Source: an uncultured Holophagales bacterium (lineage in GTDB: Bacteria; Acidobacteriota; Thermoanaerobaculia; Multivoradales; UBA5704). From it: a stretch of 64,000 nucleotides of DNA. The translations under genes and the position numbers were made by a program. The notes beneath the pieces are model-generated. The model saw only the letters and a list, made by a program, of their open reading frames with translations, was not told the DNA's origin and did no database searches. Shown piece after piece: positions 50,767 to 61,664 of this stretch. The first letter of the stretch is position 1, and the number at the start of each line of letters is the position of its first letter. The stretch lies in contig CAWJGT010000009.1 of NCBI GenBank assembly GCA_963842525.1, positions 832,001-896,000 on the forward strand, given 5' to 3'.

Positions 50767-51816
50767 ATGCCCAAGCGACTGGCGCTCTTCTTTGACGGGA
50801 CCTGGAACACCCCGGATTCCAACGAGGATGTCGACGGCGATAAGAACACCAACGTCTGCAGGCTGTATAAGGCGGTGCTGCCGGCCGGGGGCGGGACCAA
50901 GCAGGTCGCCTGGTACCAGGAAGGCGTCGGGACGAAGTGGTACAACCGGCTGCGGGGCGGCATTTTCGGCGTCGGCCTGTCGACCAACATCCAGAACGGC
51001 TACCGGTTCCTGATCGACAGCTACGAGCCGGGAGACGAGGTCTTCCTCTTCGGCTTCAGCCGGGGGGCCTATACGGCGCGCAGCCTCGTGGGACTGGTCC
51101 GCAACTCGGGCCTGCTCAAGAAGGAACACGCCTCCCTGGTGCCTCAGGCCTACTCCCTCTACCGGACCCGGGACAAAGAGGGCGGCGGAGCGGACTCGGC
51201 AAACGCGCGGTTCTTCCGCCAGAAGTATGCGCGCGACGCCAAGATCAAATGCCTCGGGGTCTGGGACACGGTCGGCGCGCTGGGCGTCCCCCTGTCATCC
51301 TTCGAGTGGTTCAACCGCTCCTACTATGCGTTCCATGACACGGAGCTGAGCGGCATCGTCGAGAACGCCTTCCACGCCCTCGCCATCGACGAGCACCGGG
51401 AGGACTACCCGGCGACGCTCTGGGCACCGAAGGCGAAGCCCAACCAGCGGATCGAGCAGGTCTGGTTCGCGGGTGCCCATTCCAACGTCGGAGGCGGCTA
51501 TACCGACAAGGTCCTGGCGGACATCACCTTGGACTGGATGGCCGGCCGGGCGACGTCCTGTGGTCTCATCTTCGACCGTGCGAAGCTCCCGCGCATCCAG
51601 GAGAGTAATGTCCGGGGAGCAGTCCGGGATTCGTACAAAGAGTTCATGGGTGGCAAGTACGCGAAGGCCCGCAAGCCCTACTACCGCGCGATCGGGTCCG
51701 CGGAGCATGGCTTCGAGGAGATCCACCCGTCGGTCGTCGGCCGGCTGGGAAGCGGCGGCTATTCGCTGGACAAGCACCGGGTGGGCAAGTTCGTCAAGGG
51801 CTTGCCGCAACGGTGA
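50767..51816 (+). CDS. DUF2235 (Tle1-like alpha/beta hydrolase)
   Basis: FFDGTWN, FGFSRGAYTAR, GVWDTV, WFAGAHSNVGGG. Confidence 0.92.
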   Translation: MPKRLALFFDGTWNTPDSNEDVDGDKNTNVCRLYKAVLPAGGGTKQVAWYQEGVGTKWYNRLRGGIFGVGLSTNIQNGYRFLIDSYEPGDEVFLFGFSRGAYTARSLVGLVRNSGLLKKEHASLVPQAYSLYRTRDKEGGGADSANARFFRQKYARDAKIKCLGVWDTVGALGVPLSSFEWFNRSYYAFHDTELSGIVENAFHALAIDEHREDYPATLWAPKAKPNQRIEQVWFAGAHSNVGGGYTDKVLADITLDWMAGRATSCGLIFDRAKLPRIQESNVRGAVRDSYKEFMGGKYAKARKPYYRAIGSAEHGFEEIHPSVVGRLGSGGYSLDKHRVGKFVKGLPQR

Positions 51817-52011
51817 ATGATTCTGGGCTTCACTCCTCCCGCAGCGCCAGGGACGGTGACGTGCGGGCCATCTTCCAGGCAGGGTAGAGGCCGGCGCCTC
51901 CCAGGCAGGAGCCAGGGGCGCGAGAGAGCGGCACGGATGAGCGTGGACGGCATGGATAGGCGTGTCTACGGCAGAGGATGTCATCTGTTCCGGATAAGCC
52001 TGGCCGCGCTG

Positions 52012-52370
52012 GATAGCGTTATCTGCGCTGGATAAGCTTATCTACGCCGGATAAGCTTATCCTGGCCCAGATAAGCTTATCTGCGGAGGATACGCTTATC
52101 CGTGGCGGATAGCGTTATCTACGGCAGATAAGCTTATCTACGGCGGATAGCCTTATCTGGGCCGGATAAGCTTATCCGCGGCGGATAACGTTATCTGCGC
52201 TGGATAAGCTTATCCGCGGCAGATAGGCTTATCCGCCGCGGATAGTGTTATCTGGGCTGGATAAGCTTATCCGGGCTGGATACCGCTATCTACGCCGGAT
52301 AAGCTTATCCGCGGGCGGATAACGTTATCTGGGGCGGATACGCTTAGCTGTACCGGATACGCTGATCCGC
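52012..52370. repeat. Tandem array of GATA-N4-TATC palindromes with 19-bp period
   Basis: 17 exact GATA-N4-TATC units (commonest GATAAGCTTATC) plus degenerate edge units, 7-8-bp GC-rich linkers. Confidence 0.92.
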
Positions 52371-52380
52371 GCCGGATGAC

Positions 52381-52680
52381 TTACGCTGGCGCCGGTAAGG
52401 GTCTCTGCGATGGATACGGGCTGATTGCCTGCACCCGGAGGGATGCTGCGACGTTGCGCCGCCTGGCTTTGTGGGGAGGGAGCCTGGGCAGATCGACTGC
52501 GGAGGTGGCGGGAACAGACGACGGCGCCGGCTTCGTGGCGCTGCTGGCGCGGTTGCGGCCACGGAAGGGCTGCTGCTGGAGGAATGCCTGGATCGCCTCG
52601 TTGCGGACGCACATGCCTGCCAGCGCGGCGATGAGCCACGGCAGTGCTCCCAGCGTCCCTACATAGGCGAATTCAGTCAT
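52381..52680 (-). pseudogene. Possible remnant of a small helical protein gene (..QPFRGR..) upstream of the array
   Basis: Purine-rich RBS (GAGGAAAGAG), ATG; short and appears internally deleted. Confidence 0.3.
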
Positions 52681-53068
52681 TCTCTTTCCTCTCGTTCCTC
52701 ATCGGTCTCTGATGATACTCTGGATCGAAATCGACCTCGCAGCGCATGATAGGGATGAGGAACTCACAGTGGTCTCGACCGCGGCAATCAGCTCCTGGGC
52801 TTGCTGCTCGGGCGTACCCGCAGTTCCCGGCTGGGGAGTCGGCGGCGTGGCCGGCACACGCACTGGGTAGGGCTGGCCCGCCGACCTTGGTGCGGCCGTG
52901 ATCCGGTCCTCATGGTCTATGACGCTGCTGTCGGCGAGGAGGGCGGATGGGTGCAGGTCCACGCTGTCTTTGCCTGCATCCGGATTCGGGCCGAGGCCCG
53001 ATTGCGAATGAAGGCGTATTGGGCGTTAGGTAGGCATGGAGCGGGGGCGGAGCGCACTTCTTCTCAGC

Positions 53069-54133
53069 TCATCTCATCAGCCCTCCGCACGCCGCTTTGA
53101 TCTGGTCAACCGACAGCCCCGCGCCCTGCATCTGGATAATCTGGTCGACCGTGCAGACCGGAGGCTTCGGCGCTTCCACCATCACGGCCTTTTTCGCAAG
53201 AACCTCCTCCAGAAGGCCTTCAAGAATAGGCGCTGCTACCTTAGTTATGGATTGACTGTCGGCCGGGGCTTCTCCGCTCGCCGTTGCCGCAGCGACCGCC
53301 CTGCCAGCAGTGTCGAAGACGTTCAGCGTCATGCTGTAATGCAGCGCCTGCGCGACCTCCCATTGCTTCAGCTCCAGGAGAAACAAGCGCATTCCGCCGG
53401 TCGCCCTGAGCTTTTCGACGAGTTCGCTACGGTCAACCACCGGTGCAGCCTCGACGGCGGTGTAGCTCAGCCCGCGGCTTCTTAGAATCCGGCCCAGCAA
53501 CCCTCGGACCTCTGTAACCGGGACCCCCCGCGCGCCCTCGGGCCTCTGGTCCCATACGGCCACTCCCGCCATGTCCTCAGGAGATCGGCCGTCGGTCAGG
53601 CCTAGATCAGGATCCCATCCCCTGAAACCACCTCTGTCAGGCACTGACGAGACCACCACGGTGGAAACGCCCGACTCAACAACCTCTGCAATCGCTGCCA
53701 CTATGCCGCCCTGAATACCCGCGTTGCCAGCGCTCCAAGTGACAACTGAACGGACGAAGTAGCGGCCTGGAGCTAGGTTCGCAAAGACAAACCTCCCGTC
53801 TGCGTCGGCCGTCGTTACTCTGCGCGCGTGGCGAAAACGCCCGTCAGGGGGCATCGCCTTCTTTTCCCGCCAGTCTGAACCGGCGTGTTTCCACCAGACC
53901 GCTGAATAGGGCGTCACCGGATCGAGGGTCACCTCGGCGCCCGCCGCCGGCTTGACAGCCCCCCCAACCGTCGTCAAGAACGCCTGGCCCCTCAACGACC
54001 CGGGGCCGCCGACAGCAAACGAAGCGTACTCCTCGGTAGGGAAGGGCGGATACTGCGGGTCCCTCTCTCTCGCTGCCAGCGGCGCAACGGCCGCTGCTAC
54101 GGCAAGGGCGATCGCTACGACTCTGACGCGCAT
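53069..54133 (-). CDS. Exported hypothetical protein (prealbumin/carboxypeptidase-regulatory-like N-domain)
   Basis: GGAG RBS, signal peptide, TTADADGRFVFANLAPGRYFV. Confidence 0.75.
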   Translation of the reverse strand: MRVRVVAIALAVAAAVAPLAARERDPQYPPFPTEEYASFAVGGPGSLRGQAFLTTVGGAVKPAAGAEVTLDPVTPYSAVWWKHAGSDWREKKAMPPDGRFRHARRVTTADADGRFVFANLAPGRYFVRSVVTWSAGNAGIQGGIVAAIAEVVESGVSTVVVSSVPDRGGFRGWDPDLGLTDGRSPEDMAGVAVWDQRPEGARGVPVTEVRGLLGRILRSRGLSYTAVEAAPVVDRSELVEKLRATGGMRLFLLELKQWEVAQALHYSMTLNVFDTAGRAVAAATASGEAPADSQSITKVAAPILEGLLEEVLAKKAVMVEAPKPPVCTVDQIIQMQGAGLSVDQIKAACGGLMR

Positions 54134-54312
54134 GGCTGTGCTCCTCTCTCAGAGGGAGTGGGGGTTCCCAGCGGGCTTCTCTTCCCCCCGTGCCTCTCTG
54201 GAAATTCTGTAGCGGCGCCGTTACGACGTCCAACCGCCCCACTACCGCCCAAGTCTACCTCAGGGAGTGCATGTTGGGCCCACGGTCCGCCCGTCCGGAA
54301 GCACCCCCCAAC

Positions 54313-54425
54313 GGCTCCTGGAAATTGGGAGGCGCCAACCTGGCGCTGAAGCGCCAGGCTTTATGCCCAGGCCCCTTCGGGGCCTCTCCAATCGAAGCCG
54401 AGCGAATCTGACAAGGTAGGTTTAG
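54313..54425 (-). repeat. Partial uninterrupted copy of the MITE/REP element of 23853-27589
   Basis: Reverse complement aligns to 23853-23919 joined to 25524-25567. Confidence 0.85.
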
Positions 54426-54534
54426 GCGTCCCCCTATAATTGCCGGCCGACCTCACCCTTCCCATATATTTCTCGATAGTCTGTATCGAAGTTCTTTGTC
54501 GACAACCACGACTCGGTAGTAAGCGCCTTTCCGC

Positions 54535-57129
54535 TCACTCCTCCCGCAGCGCCAGAGCCGGCGACGTTCTGGCCATCCTCCAGGCCGGGTAGAGGCCGGC
54601 GAGGAGGGCGGCAGCGAGGGCCAGGAGGAGGGCCTGGAGGAGGATCTCGGGGGCGACTTCCATCCGAATGGTCCAGCCGAAAGAGCGCCGGTTGATCACG
54701 AAGATCATGATTGCCGCGAGCGCCAGGCCCACCGGGATCGACAGCAGGCCGGCGGCGAGTCCGATCAGGCCGGTCTGGGCCGTGATCAGCTCCCAGACCT
54801 GTCCCGGCGTGAGACCGTTGGCGCGAAGCACGCCGAGCTCCCGTGCCCGTTCGAGCTGCAGGGCCATCAGCGACGAGAGGACGCCCAGGAAGGCGACCAA
54901 TCCGGCCAGAAGCCGGAGCACGGCGGTGATCCGGAACGTGCGGTCGAAGACTTCGAGCGAGCCCTGCTTGAGGGCCCGGTTCGAGCGAAAGAGCACCGCC
55001 TGGTCTCCCAGGGCGGCGCGCAGGCGCTCGATCGTCGCGTCGGGATCCGCTCCCGGCGCAAGGTCCAGCGAAAAGCCTGAAAGCTTCGGATCGTTCCACC
55101 AGCGCAGGTAGGCAGGCCGGCTCATGAGGACGAGCCCCTGGTCCGAGGCGTAGTCGTAATAGACGCCTGCGATCCGGAAGGTCTGGTCGCCGCGGGCGGT
55201 CCGCAGCCGCAGGGTCGAGCCCGCCTCCACGCCGTGGCGGCGGGCGAACGGCTCGGACACGGCCACAGCCTCGCCGCGCTGGAACGCCGGCCAGACCTCG
55301 TCCGGGTCGCCGTCCAGCAGCTCGAAGGAGGAGGCCAGGCTCCGCTCGTCCGTGCCGAGAGCGAGCATGCGGACCGGCCCCTCGGGGGTCGGGATCTCGA
55401 CCCGCCGCAGCAGATGGACCCGCTCGACTCCGGGAAGCGCGGCAGTGCGGCGAGCTACCTCCGGATCGAGGTCGGCGCCCGCGAAGCCGCCGGCCCGGCT
55501 CAGGACGGAGGCGTAGATGTCGGACTGGAGCGACATCTCCAGCCAGCGCACGACCGTCTGCCGGAAGCTGCCGATCATGACTCCGATCCCGACCGTCACC
55601 GAGACGGCGATCACCAGCGCGGCGATGGCGACCGCGGTGCGCGACAGCGACGCGACCACGCCGCCGGCCGCCATTTTCCCCAGGATGCCGAACAGTGCTC
55701 CCATCGGGCGGCGGAGCAGGAGCATCAGCAAGACTGTCGCGCCAGGAGCTAGCAGGGCGCAGCCCAGGATGACCCCGAAGAGGCCCACGAAGCTCAGGAC
55801 CAGGCTGCCGGGGACGGCGAGGAGCACCGCGCCGGCCAGCAGGAGCCCGAGGCCGAGGAGCGTGGCGCGGGGCAGGGCCCTGCGCAGACGCGCCTCCAGG
55901 GCGGAGCGGGTGAGCACGGCGCGCGGCGGCGCCTGCGTGGCCTCCCAGGCCGGGGCCAGGGCGGCGAGCAGGGTCGCTCCGAGGCCGATCGCCGCCCCCT
56001 TGACCAGAGAGAAGAGCGGCAGGTCGAGGTCGCGCACGGACAGGACGAAGTAGAGGTCGTTGATCGTCTGCGTGGTCAGCCGCACGAGCTCGCGGCCGAG
56101 CAGGACGCCGCAGACCAGCCCCGCCGCGGTGCCGAGCACGGCCACGCCGAGCGCTTCGGCGAGCACCAGGGTGAAGACCTCGCGGCGGGTCACGCCCAGG
56201 GCGCGCAGCGTGCCGATCAGCGTCCGGCGCTGCACGACCGAAAAGGTCATGGTGTTGTAGATGAGGAAGACGCCGCAGACCAGGGCGAGCAGGGAAAGAG
56301 CGGTCAGATTCAGCCGGAAGGCGCTCGTCATCTCCTCCGTTGTCCGGGAGCGGCCCGCTGCCTGGAGGATCTGGGCTCCGGGCGGCAGGACGGCTTCAGC
56401 GCGGGCGAGGAGGCTGGCGCCGGCAGGTCCTTCCGGGGTGATCAGGTCGATGCGGTCGATCCGCCCGGCGCGGCCGAGCAGCTCCTGGGCCGCCGCGATG
56501 TCCATCACCAGGAGGTCGGCCAGCGCACGGCGGGTGTTGTCGTCGTCCGGCTCCAGGATGCCGGCGAGCTCGACGGTCTTTTCGGTATTGCCGATCCGCA
56601 CCACGAACCGGTCTCCGGGCCGGAGGCCCAGCTCCGCGGCGGTGAAGGAGGAGAGCACGGCCGCTCCCGGACGGGTGAGCAGGGGGCCGAGGTCGACGCC
56701 TCCTCCCCGATCCTCGGCACCGCGGGAGAGGGTGCCGGTTGCCCGAAGGTAAGGCCGGAACGGAGGCTCCGAAAAGGGATCGATTCCCAGGACGCGAAAC
56801 AAGCGGATCCCTTGGCCGGGCCGGCGGGGGATTGTGACGTATCCCTCGACCGCGGGGGCCATGGGCAACTCGCCGGCGAGCCCCGCATCCACCGCCAGCC
56901 GGCGGAAGACCGGATCGGGCAGCCCCTGCGGCCCGCCGACGATCTGATGAGTGGCGCGTCCGGTCACCGCCTCGGTCGAGAGCGCGAAGGCGCGGCTCGC
57001 GCTGGTGTTGGCAACGTCGATCGAGACCATGACGGCGACGCCGAGCGCCACGCCCAGGATGGCGAGCCCGATCTGCCAGGGGTGCCGGACGAGGTAGCGC
57101 CGGCTCGACCGCCAGAGGAGAGGCGTCAC
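54535..57129 (-). CDS. ABC transporter permease, double FtsX/MacB-like
   Basis: [36 protein letters not shown]. Confidence 0.92.
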   Translation of the reverse strand: MTPLLWRSSRRYLVRHPWQIGLAILGVALGVAVMVSIDVANTSASRAFALSTEAVTGRATHQIVGGPQGLPDPVFRRLAVDAGLAGELPMAPAVEGYVTIPRRPGQGIRLFRVLGIDPFSEPPFRPYLRATGTLSRGAEDRGGGVDLGPLLTRPGAAVLSSFTAAELGLRPGDRFVVRIGNTEKTVELAGILEPDDDNTRRALADLLVMDIAAAQELLGRAGRIDRIDLITPEGPAGASLLARAEAVLPPGAQILQAAGRSRTTEEMTSAFRLNLTALSLLALVCGVFLIYNTMTFSVVQRRTLIGTLRALGVTRREVFTLVLAEALGVAVLGTAAGLVCGVLLGRELVRLTTQTINDLYFVLSVRDLDLPLFSLVKGAAIGLGATLLAALAPAWEATQAPPRAVLTRSALEARLRRALPRATLLGLGLLLAGAVLLAVPGSLVLSFVGLFGVILGCALLAPGATVLLMLLLRRPMGALFGILGKMAAGGVVASLSRTAVAIAALVIAVSVTVGIGVMIGSFRQTVVRWLEMSLQSDIYASVLSRAGGFAGADLDPEVARRTAALPGVERVHLLRRVEIPTPEGPVRMLALGTDERSLASSFELLDGDPDEVWPAFQRGEAVAVSEPFARRHGVEAGSTLRLRTARGDQTFRIAGVYYDYASDQGLVLMSRPAYLRWWNDPKLSGFSLDLAPGADPDATIERLRAALGDQAVLFRSNRALKQGSLEVFDRTFRITAVLRLLAGLVAFLGVLSSLMALQLERARELGVLRANGLTPGQVWELITAQTGLIGLAAGLLSIPVGLALAAIMIFVINRRSFGWTIRMEVAPEILLQALLLALAAALLAGLYPAWRMARTSPALALREE

Positions 57130-57824
57130 TGCTCCCCCCGGGCTGTCTGCTCGACGAGGCGGCAGTCCTCGACCCGGAACACCCGGTCGGCGAGCCCTAC
57201 GACCTCGGAGCTGTGGGTGACCATGACCATGGTCTTGCCGGCTTGGCGGGTCAGCCGGTCGAGGATCTCCAGGATCTGGAGGCCGGTTTCCAGGTCCAGA
57301 TTACCGGTCGGCTCGTCGGCGAGCACGAGGAGCGGATCGTGCGCCAGGGCCCGGGCCACGGCGACCCGCTGCTGCTCGCCGCCGGACAGGCGGTCGGGAT
57401 AGCTCGACGCACGGTCGCCCAGCCCCACCTCGTCGAGGAGAGCGAGCGCGGCCCGCCGCTCCTCCGGCCGCACCTTTCCCTTCAGCTCCAAGGGAAGGAG
57501 AAGGTTTTCCTCGACGGTCAAGGTCGGGATCAGGTTGAAGAACTGGAAGACGAAGCCGATCTTGTCGCGCCGGAAGAGAGTCCGTTCCCGTTCGGAGAGG
57601 CGAGCGATCGAGACCCCATCGATCACCACCTCGCCGAAGCTGGGCAGGTCGATCCCTGAGAGCAGGTTGAGCAGCGTCGATTTGCCCGAGCCGCTGCGCC
57701 CGATCAGCACCGCCAGCTCGCCGCGCCCGATCTCCGCGCTGGCATCGCAGAGAACCATCCGCTGCCGCCCGCCCTCCTCGTATGTCTTGGTGAGGTTGCG
57801 GATCTCGATGAGGGGGGACGTCAT
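57126..57824 (-). CDS. ABC transporter ATP-binding protein (LolD/MacB-like)
   Basis: [27 protein letters not shown]. Confidence 0.95.
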   Translation of the reverse strand: MTSPLIEIRNLTKTYEEGGRQRMVLCDASAEIGRGELAVLIGRSGSGKSTLLNLLSGIDLPSFGEVVIDGVSIARLSERERTLFRRDKIGFVFQFFNLIPTLTVEENLLLPLELKGKVRPEERRAALALLDEVGLGDRASSYPDRLSGGEQQRVAVARALAHDPLLVLADEPTGNLDLETGLQILEILDRLTRQAGKTMVMVTHSSEVVGLADRVFRVEDCRLVEQTARGEQ

Positions 57825-58243
57825 GCGGAGGCGAGACGGGTCCGGATCGCGTTCACGAAAGTCAGGAGATCGTCGAGATGGAAACGGACGATTTTCTCGA
57901 CTTCTGCCGGATCGACTCTCTCATAGCTATGGACGAGGATGTTGCGGAACCCCACCATCTTGCTCAGGGGCTCTGCGAGGTCTCTGGGAAGCCAGCCATA
58001 CCGCACCAGCAGCTCGAAAAAGCCACGGTTTGTATCGGGAACGCCGTAACGCTCGTCGGCCACGATGTGAGCGGCAATGTCGAGGGCGGCCTGGATTGCG
58101 ATCTGCAACGTACGCTCTTCGAATCGCTGCTCCCTGATGTCCGTCTGGAGCTCTTCTGGGTGAGCAAACGTCCGCAGCTCGCGAACGTAGGACTCGATAA
58201 GGGTGAGTTTCTTGTACACGAGATCGACATCGGTCACGATCAC
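57821..58243 (-). CDS. HepT-like HEPN RNase toxin (DUF86)
   Basis: [10 protein letters not shown] (Rx4HxY); GTGA overlap with the MNT gene. Confidence 0.88.
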   Translation of the reverse strand: MIVTDVDLVYKKLTLIESYVRELRTFAHPEELQTDIREQRFEERTLQIAIQAALDIAAHIVADERYGVPDTNRGFFELLVRYGWLPRDLAEPLSKMVGFRNILVHSYERVDPAEVEKIVRFHLDDLLTFVNAIRTRLASA

Positions 58244-58647
58244 GCTCCTGGCCGATAACACAGGCGAAGGTACGGTTCGAGATCCCAATATTCCTTGTGC
58301 GAGCGGACCTCGAAGCGGATACGTCGAGAGCGGTCTCGCTCCACGAGCAGCCTGCCGTCGCGCAGCACCCGGAAGATCAGGTCGACAGGCGCGCGGTTCA
58401 GGACGACGACCTGGGTGGGAAGCCCGAGAGCTACGGTCAGGTCTTCTTCGAGGTCGAAGGCGCGCCCGATCTCGTCGAGGGTCTGAGGCCGGTTCTCGCT
58501 GTACAGGATGCCGACATCGACGTCGCTGTCCGGCCGGGCGGTCCCCCGGGCCACACTGCCGAAGAGCCACGCCGCGGCGATCCCCTCCGCCTCCGCCCGG
58601 GCGGACAGGACCTCCCGCAGCTTCCTCTCGATCGCCGCCACGTCCAT
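58240..58647 (-). CDS. MNT/MntA nucleotidyltransferase antitoxin
   Basis: FGSVARGTARPDSDVDVG (GSx10DxD). Confidence 0.9.
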   Translation of the reverse strand: MDVAAIERKLREVLSARAEAEGIAAAWLFGSVARGTARPDSDVDVGILYSENRPQTLDEIGRAFDLEEDLTVALGLPTQVVVLNRAPVDLIFRVLRDGRLLVERDRSRRIRFEVRSHKEYWDLEPYLRLCYRPGA

Positions 58648-58740
58648 GGCTGGGGATTATAGGATGGTCCGAGTGCAGGGCTCTCTCGCCCGGGAAGTCA
58701 TCGCCGGCTGACAACCGCACCCAAGGTGGCGGCACGCGGC

Positions 58741-58904
58741 GCTGGGAGCGCCGGCGTCTCGCCGGCATCATCAAGACAGTGGGCCGAAGGCCCGGCCTTG
58801 TTGGGGACGGCGGGAGGCGAGATGAGGCTTCGGGGCTGCGGAGCCCATCGATGGCCGTCATGGTCGCGGGGAGTGTGGGCCGGCGAGACGCCGGCACTCC
58901 CAGC
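58741..58904. repeat. REP-like inverted pair
   Basis: GCTGGGAGCGCCGGCGTCTCGCCGGC / GCCGGCGAGACGCCGGCACTCCCAGC. Confidence 0.8.
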
Positions 58905-58974
58905 GGGCGATGCTCGGCCTTCGCGCCGAAGGCCTGCATCAAAGTGCAGGTCATCCCTCGCATCGGGAGCAGTG

Positions 58975-59090
58975 CACGCTGATACAGGAGCTCCAGTTCT
59001 GGTTGCTAGGGTTACGTGGTAGAGATCGCCACAAGGGGTTCTTCGAGCGGATCGACCACGAGAAACTCATGCAGACGCTCGAGCTGAGAC
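58975..59090 (+). pseudogene. Short remnant of a group II intron-type reverse transcriptase
   Basis: Frameshifted LIQELQF..GYVVE..KGFFERIDHEKLMQTLELR resembles RT subdomain 3. Confidence 0.5.
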
Positions 59091-59116
59091 CGCAACACAC
59101 TATTCCGCCAGGAAAG

Positions 59117-60064
59117 ATGAACACGGCTTTTCTGCTCGGCGCCGGCTTCTCGAGGTGGGCAGCCGATGTACCTGTCGCCGCGCAGCTGTTTGACTTCCGT
59201 ATATCCGCGACGTCGCGTGACCGCCCCAAGCTGGATCTCGTCCGCAGCCTAAAAGAATCCTGGGACGATGCTCATCCGGGTGCCTACGCCGAGCAGTTCA
59301 TTGCGCACGTGTTCGAGCGCTATCTTCAACGCGAACAAGCAGCCCTCAGCTGGTACATAGCTCGTCGTCTGAACGAACCCTTTCTGTGGCGCCAGCAGCA
59401 CGGTGGCGTTGTTCGACGCCGAACTCTCTCCATCGACGAGACATACAAGCGCCATCTGCCCGGCCTCAGCACCGTACGTGACTTTCTGACCGAGCAGGGG
59501 CTTGAGCGAGCGCTGGGTATTATCACCACCAACTACGACCTCCTCGTTGAGTACGCACTTGGATCAAGCGGCTTTCACTATGGAGAAGAGGGCGAGCAGC
59601 TTCATGGACCGGGTGCGCACCCAATGCGGCGTGAGCCCGTTGTCCTCACCGGTCGTCTTCCGCTCGCGAAGCTTCACGGCAGCATCTCCTGGGACCAGGG
59701 GACACGGACACGGTACACTGATGGGAGGCGTGCACTCACAGGGAATGCCCTCATCGTAGCCCCCGTGCCAGAGAAGACGCCACCGCCTGCTCTGCAGCCA
59801 ACTTGGCAGCTGGCTGCGGACATCTTGAGGCGCAGCGAGCGAGTGGTGGTCTTCGGCTTCGCGTTCAACCCATACGACGTCGCGGTCCAAGAGCTGCTAT
59901 CTGAAGCTGGCAAGTCATTACGAAGGGTGGAGCTGTTCGACATCGCACCACCCGTACAGCGAGCGCAGGAGGTGTGGCCTGCGGCTGAGATCATGCCTCT
60001 GCGCCCGCCCCCTGAAGCCGGTATGCCAACGCTGCCGACTGGTAGCGATCTAATGAGGCGTTGA
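59117..60064 (+). CDS. SIR2-like domain protein (putative NADase/defence)
   Basis: FLLGAGFS, ITTNYDLLVE, KLHGSISW, VVFGFAF. Confidence 0.85.
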   Translation: MNTAFLLGAGFSRWAADVPVAAQLFDFRISATSRDRPKLDLVRSLKESWDDAHPGAYAEQFIAHVFERYLQREQAALSWYIARRLNEPFLWRQQHGGVVRRRTLSIDETYKRHLPGLSTVRDFLTEQGLERALGIITTNYDLLVEYALGSSGFHYGEEGEQLHGPGAHPMRREPVVLTGRLPLAKLHGSISWDQGTRTRYTDGRRALTGNALIVAPVPEKTPPPALQPTWQLAADILRRSERVVVFGFAFNPYDVAVQELLSEAGKSLRRVELFDIAPPVQRAQEVWPAAEIMPLRPPPEAGMPTLPTGSDLMRR

Positions 60065-60185
60065 AGCTGACAAAGCGGCCCGGCTCTCCTCGGCACAGAA
60101 GTCACAGCGTGGGCTGCTTGGCGCTTAACTTTGTTCTCCTGTTGAGGTATGGCACGATCCGCAATAGGCTAAAGACTGCAGTCGA

Positions 60186-61649
60186 TCAGTTTCCCTCCTC
60201 CGCCAGCTCGGCCAACATGGCCTTCAGCAGCTCCCAGAACCTTCCGACCGCGGGGACGTGGACCCGCTCGTCGGGGGAGTGGGCGCCGCGGATGGTGGGT
60301 CCGAAGGAGATCATTTGCATGCCGGGGACCTTCTCGCCGATGATGCCGCATTCGAGCCCGGCATGGACCGCCTTGACCTCGGCCTCCTTGCCGGTCAGGC
60401 GCTGGTGCAGCTCCTGGAACTGGGCGAGAAGGGGCGACTGGGGGTCCGGCTTCCAGCCTGGATAGCCGTGCGGCTCGTCCACCGCGGCGCCGGCCAGCTC
60501 GGCCGCGGCGCGGATCCGGCGGCGGACAGCCCGCAGAGCGGAGTCGACCGAGCTGCGCGAGCTCGAAAGGAGCGCCAGATCACCGTTCCTCGGCTCGATC
60601 GACGCCAGGTTCGTGCTGGTCTCGACGAGGCCGGGGATGGCCTGACTCATCGCGACGACGCCGTGGGGAAGGGCTTCCAGCAGGTCGATCGCGCGATGGC
60701 TGAGCTCCGTGGTCCAGGCGCTCTCCGGTGCGTCGGACGCGCCGACTGTGAGGCGGACGTCGGGCTCGCCCGGATTGAGCTCGGACCGGATCGCCTCCGC
60801 CTCCCGCTCCAGGATCGCTGTCACAGCCTCCCGGTCCTCAGAGCGCACCACGATCGTGGCGGCGGCCTCCCGGGGGATGGCGTTGTGCTTGCCGCCGCCT
60901 CGGAGCTCGCCGAGACGGAAAGGATGCTCGAGCGCCGCTGCGTGGAGGGCCCGGGCGAGGAGCTTGATGGCGTTGCCGCGCGGCAGGTGGATCTCCATCC
61001 CGGAGTGCCCTCCCTGCAGCCCGGACACCTTGACCGCCAAGGCTGTCGAGCCGGCCGGGACCGCCTCGCCCGCGATCGGGAGCGAGAGCGCGCTCATCCC
61101 TGCGCCCGCGCAGCCGATGGTCACCTCCCCCTCCTCCTCGGTGTCGAGGTTGAGCATTTTCTTCCCAGTGAGCAGGCTGGCGTCGAGGTCGGTCGCACCG
61201 GTAAGGCCGGTCTCCTCGTCGATGGTGAACAGGAGCTCCAGAGGACCGTGGACGAGGTCGTCGGCTTCCAGGACGGCGAGCATGGCGGCGGCGCCGATGC
61301 CGTTGTCCGCCCCCAGCGTGGTCCCGGTCGCCCGCACCCAATCGCCGTCGCGCTGCGGCACGATGGGGTCGCGGGAGAAGTCGTGGGTCACGTCCGAGTT
61401 CTTCTCGGTGACCATGTCGAGATGGGATTGGAGGACGACCGTAGGCGCCCCTTCCTTGCCAGGGCTGGCCGGCTTGTGGACCACTGTGTTGCCCGCCGCG
61501 TCGGTGCGGAGGGCAAGGCCCTTGCGGGCGGCCACATCGAGGACATACTGCCGCGCCGCGGCCTCGTGCTTGGACGCGCGCGGGATCTTCAGGATCTCGT
61601 CGAAGTGCTTCCAGAGGGGCTTGGGGTCGAGGTCGGATACGAAGGTCAT
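60186..61649 (-). CDS. pepD: Aminoacyl-histidine dipeptidase (M20C)
   Basis: QSHLDMV, GADNGIG, DEETG, GGHSG, HAGLECG, AHSPDE. Confidence 0.93.
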   Translation of the reverse strand: MTFVSDLDPKPLWKHFDEILKIPRASKHEAAARQYVLDVAARKGLALRTDAAGNTVVHKPASPGKEGAPTVVLQSHLDMVTEKNSDVTHDFSRDPIVPQRDGDWVRATGTTLGADNGIGAAAMLAVLEADDLVHGPLELLFTIDEETGLTGATDLDASLLTGKKMLNLDTEEEGEVTIGCAGAGMSALSLPIAGEAVPAGSTALAVKVSGLQGGHSGMEIHLPRGNAIKLLARALHAAALEHPFRLGELRGGGKHNAIPREAAATIVVRSEDREAVTAILEREAEAIRSELNPGEPDVRLTVGASDAPESAWTTELSHRAIDLLEALPHGVVAMSQAIPGLVETSTNLASIEPRNGDLALLSSSRSSVDSALRAVRRRIRAAAELAGAAVDEPHGYPGWKPDPQSPLLAQFQELHQRLTGKEAEVKAVHAGLECGIIGEKVPGMQMISFGPTIRGAHSPDERVHVPAVGRFWELLKAMLAELAEEGN

Positions 61650-61664
61650 GGGGCGCCTCCCAGG

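Noticed and set aside
50767-51816. T6SS effector-immunity locus
   Set aside because: DUF2235 is present but no VgrG, PAAR or immunity gene is adjacent
52012-52370. CRISPR array
   Set aside because: Units are 12-14 bp with 7-8-bp similar linkers; no unique spacers and no cas genes
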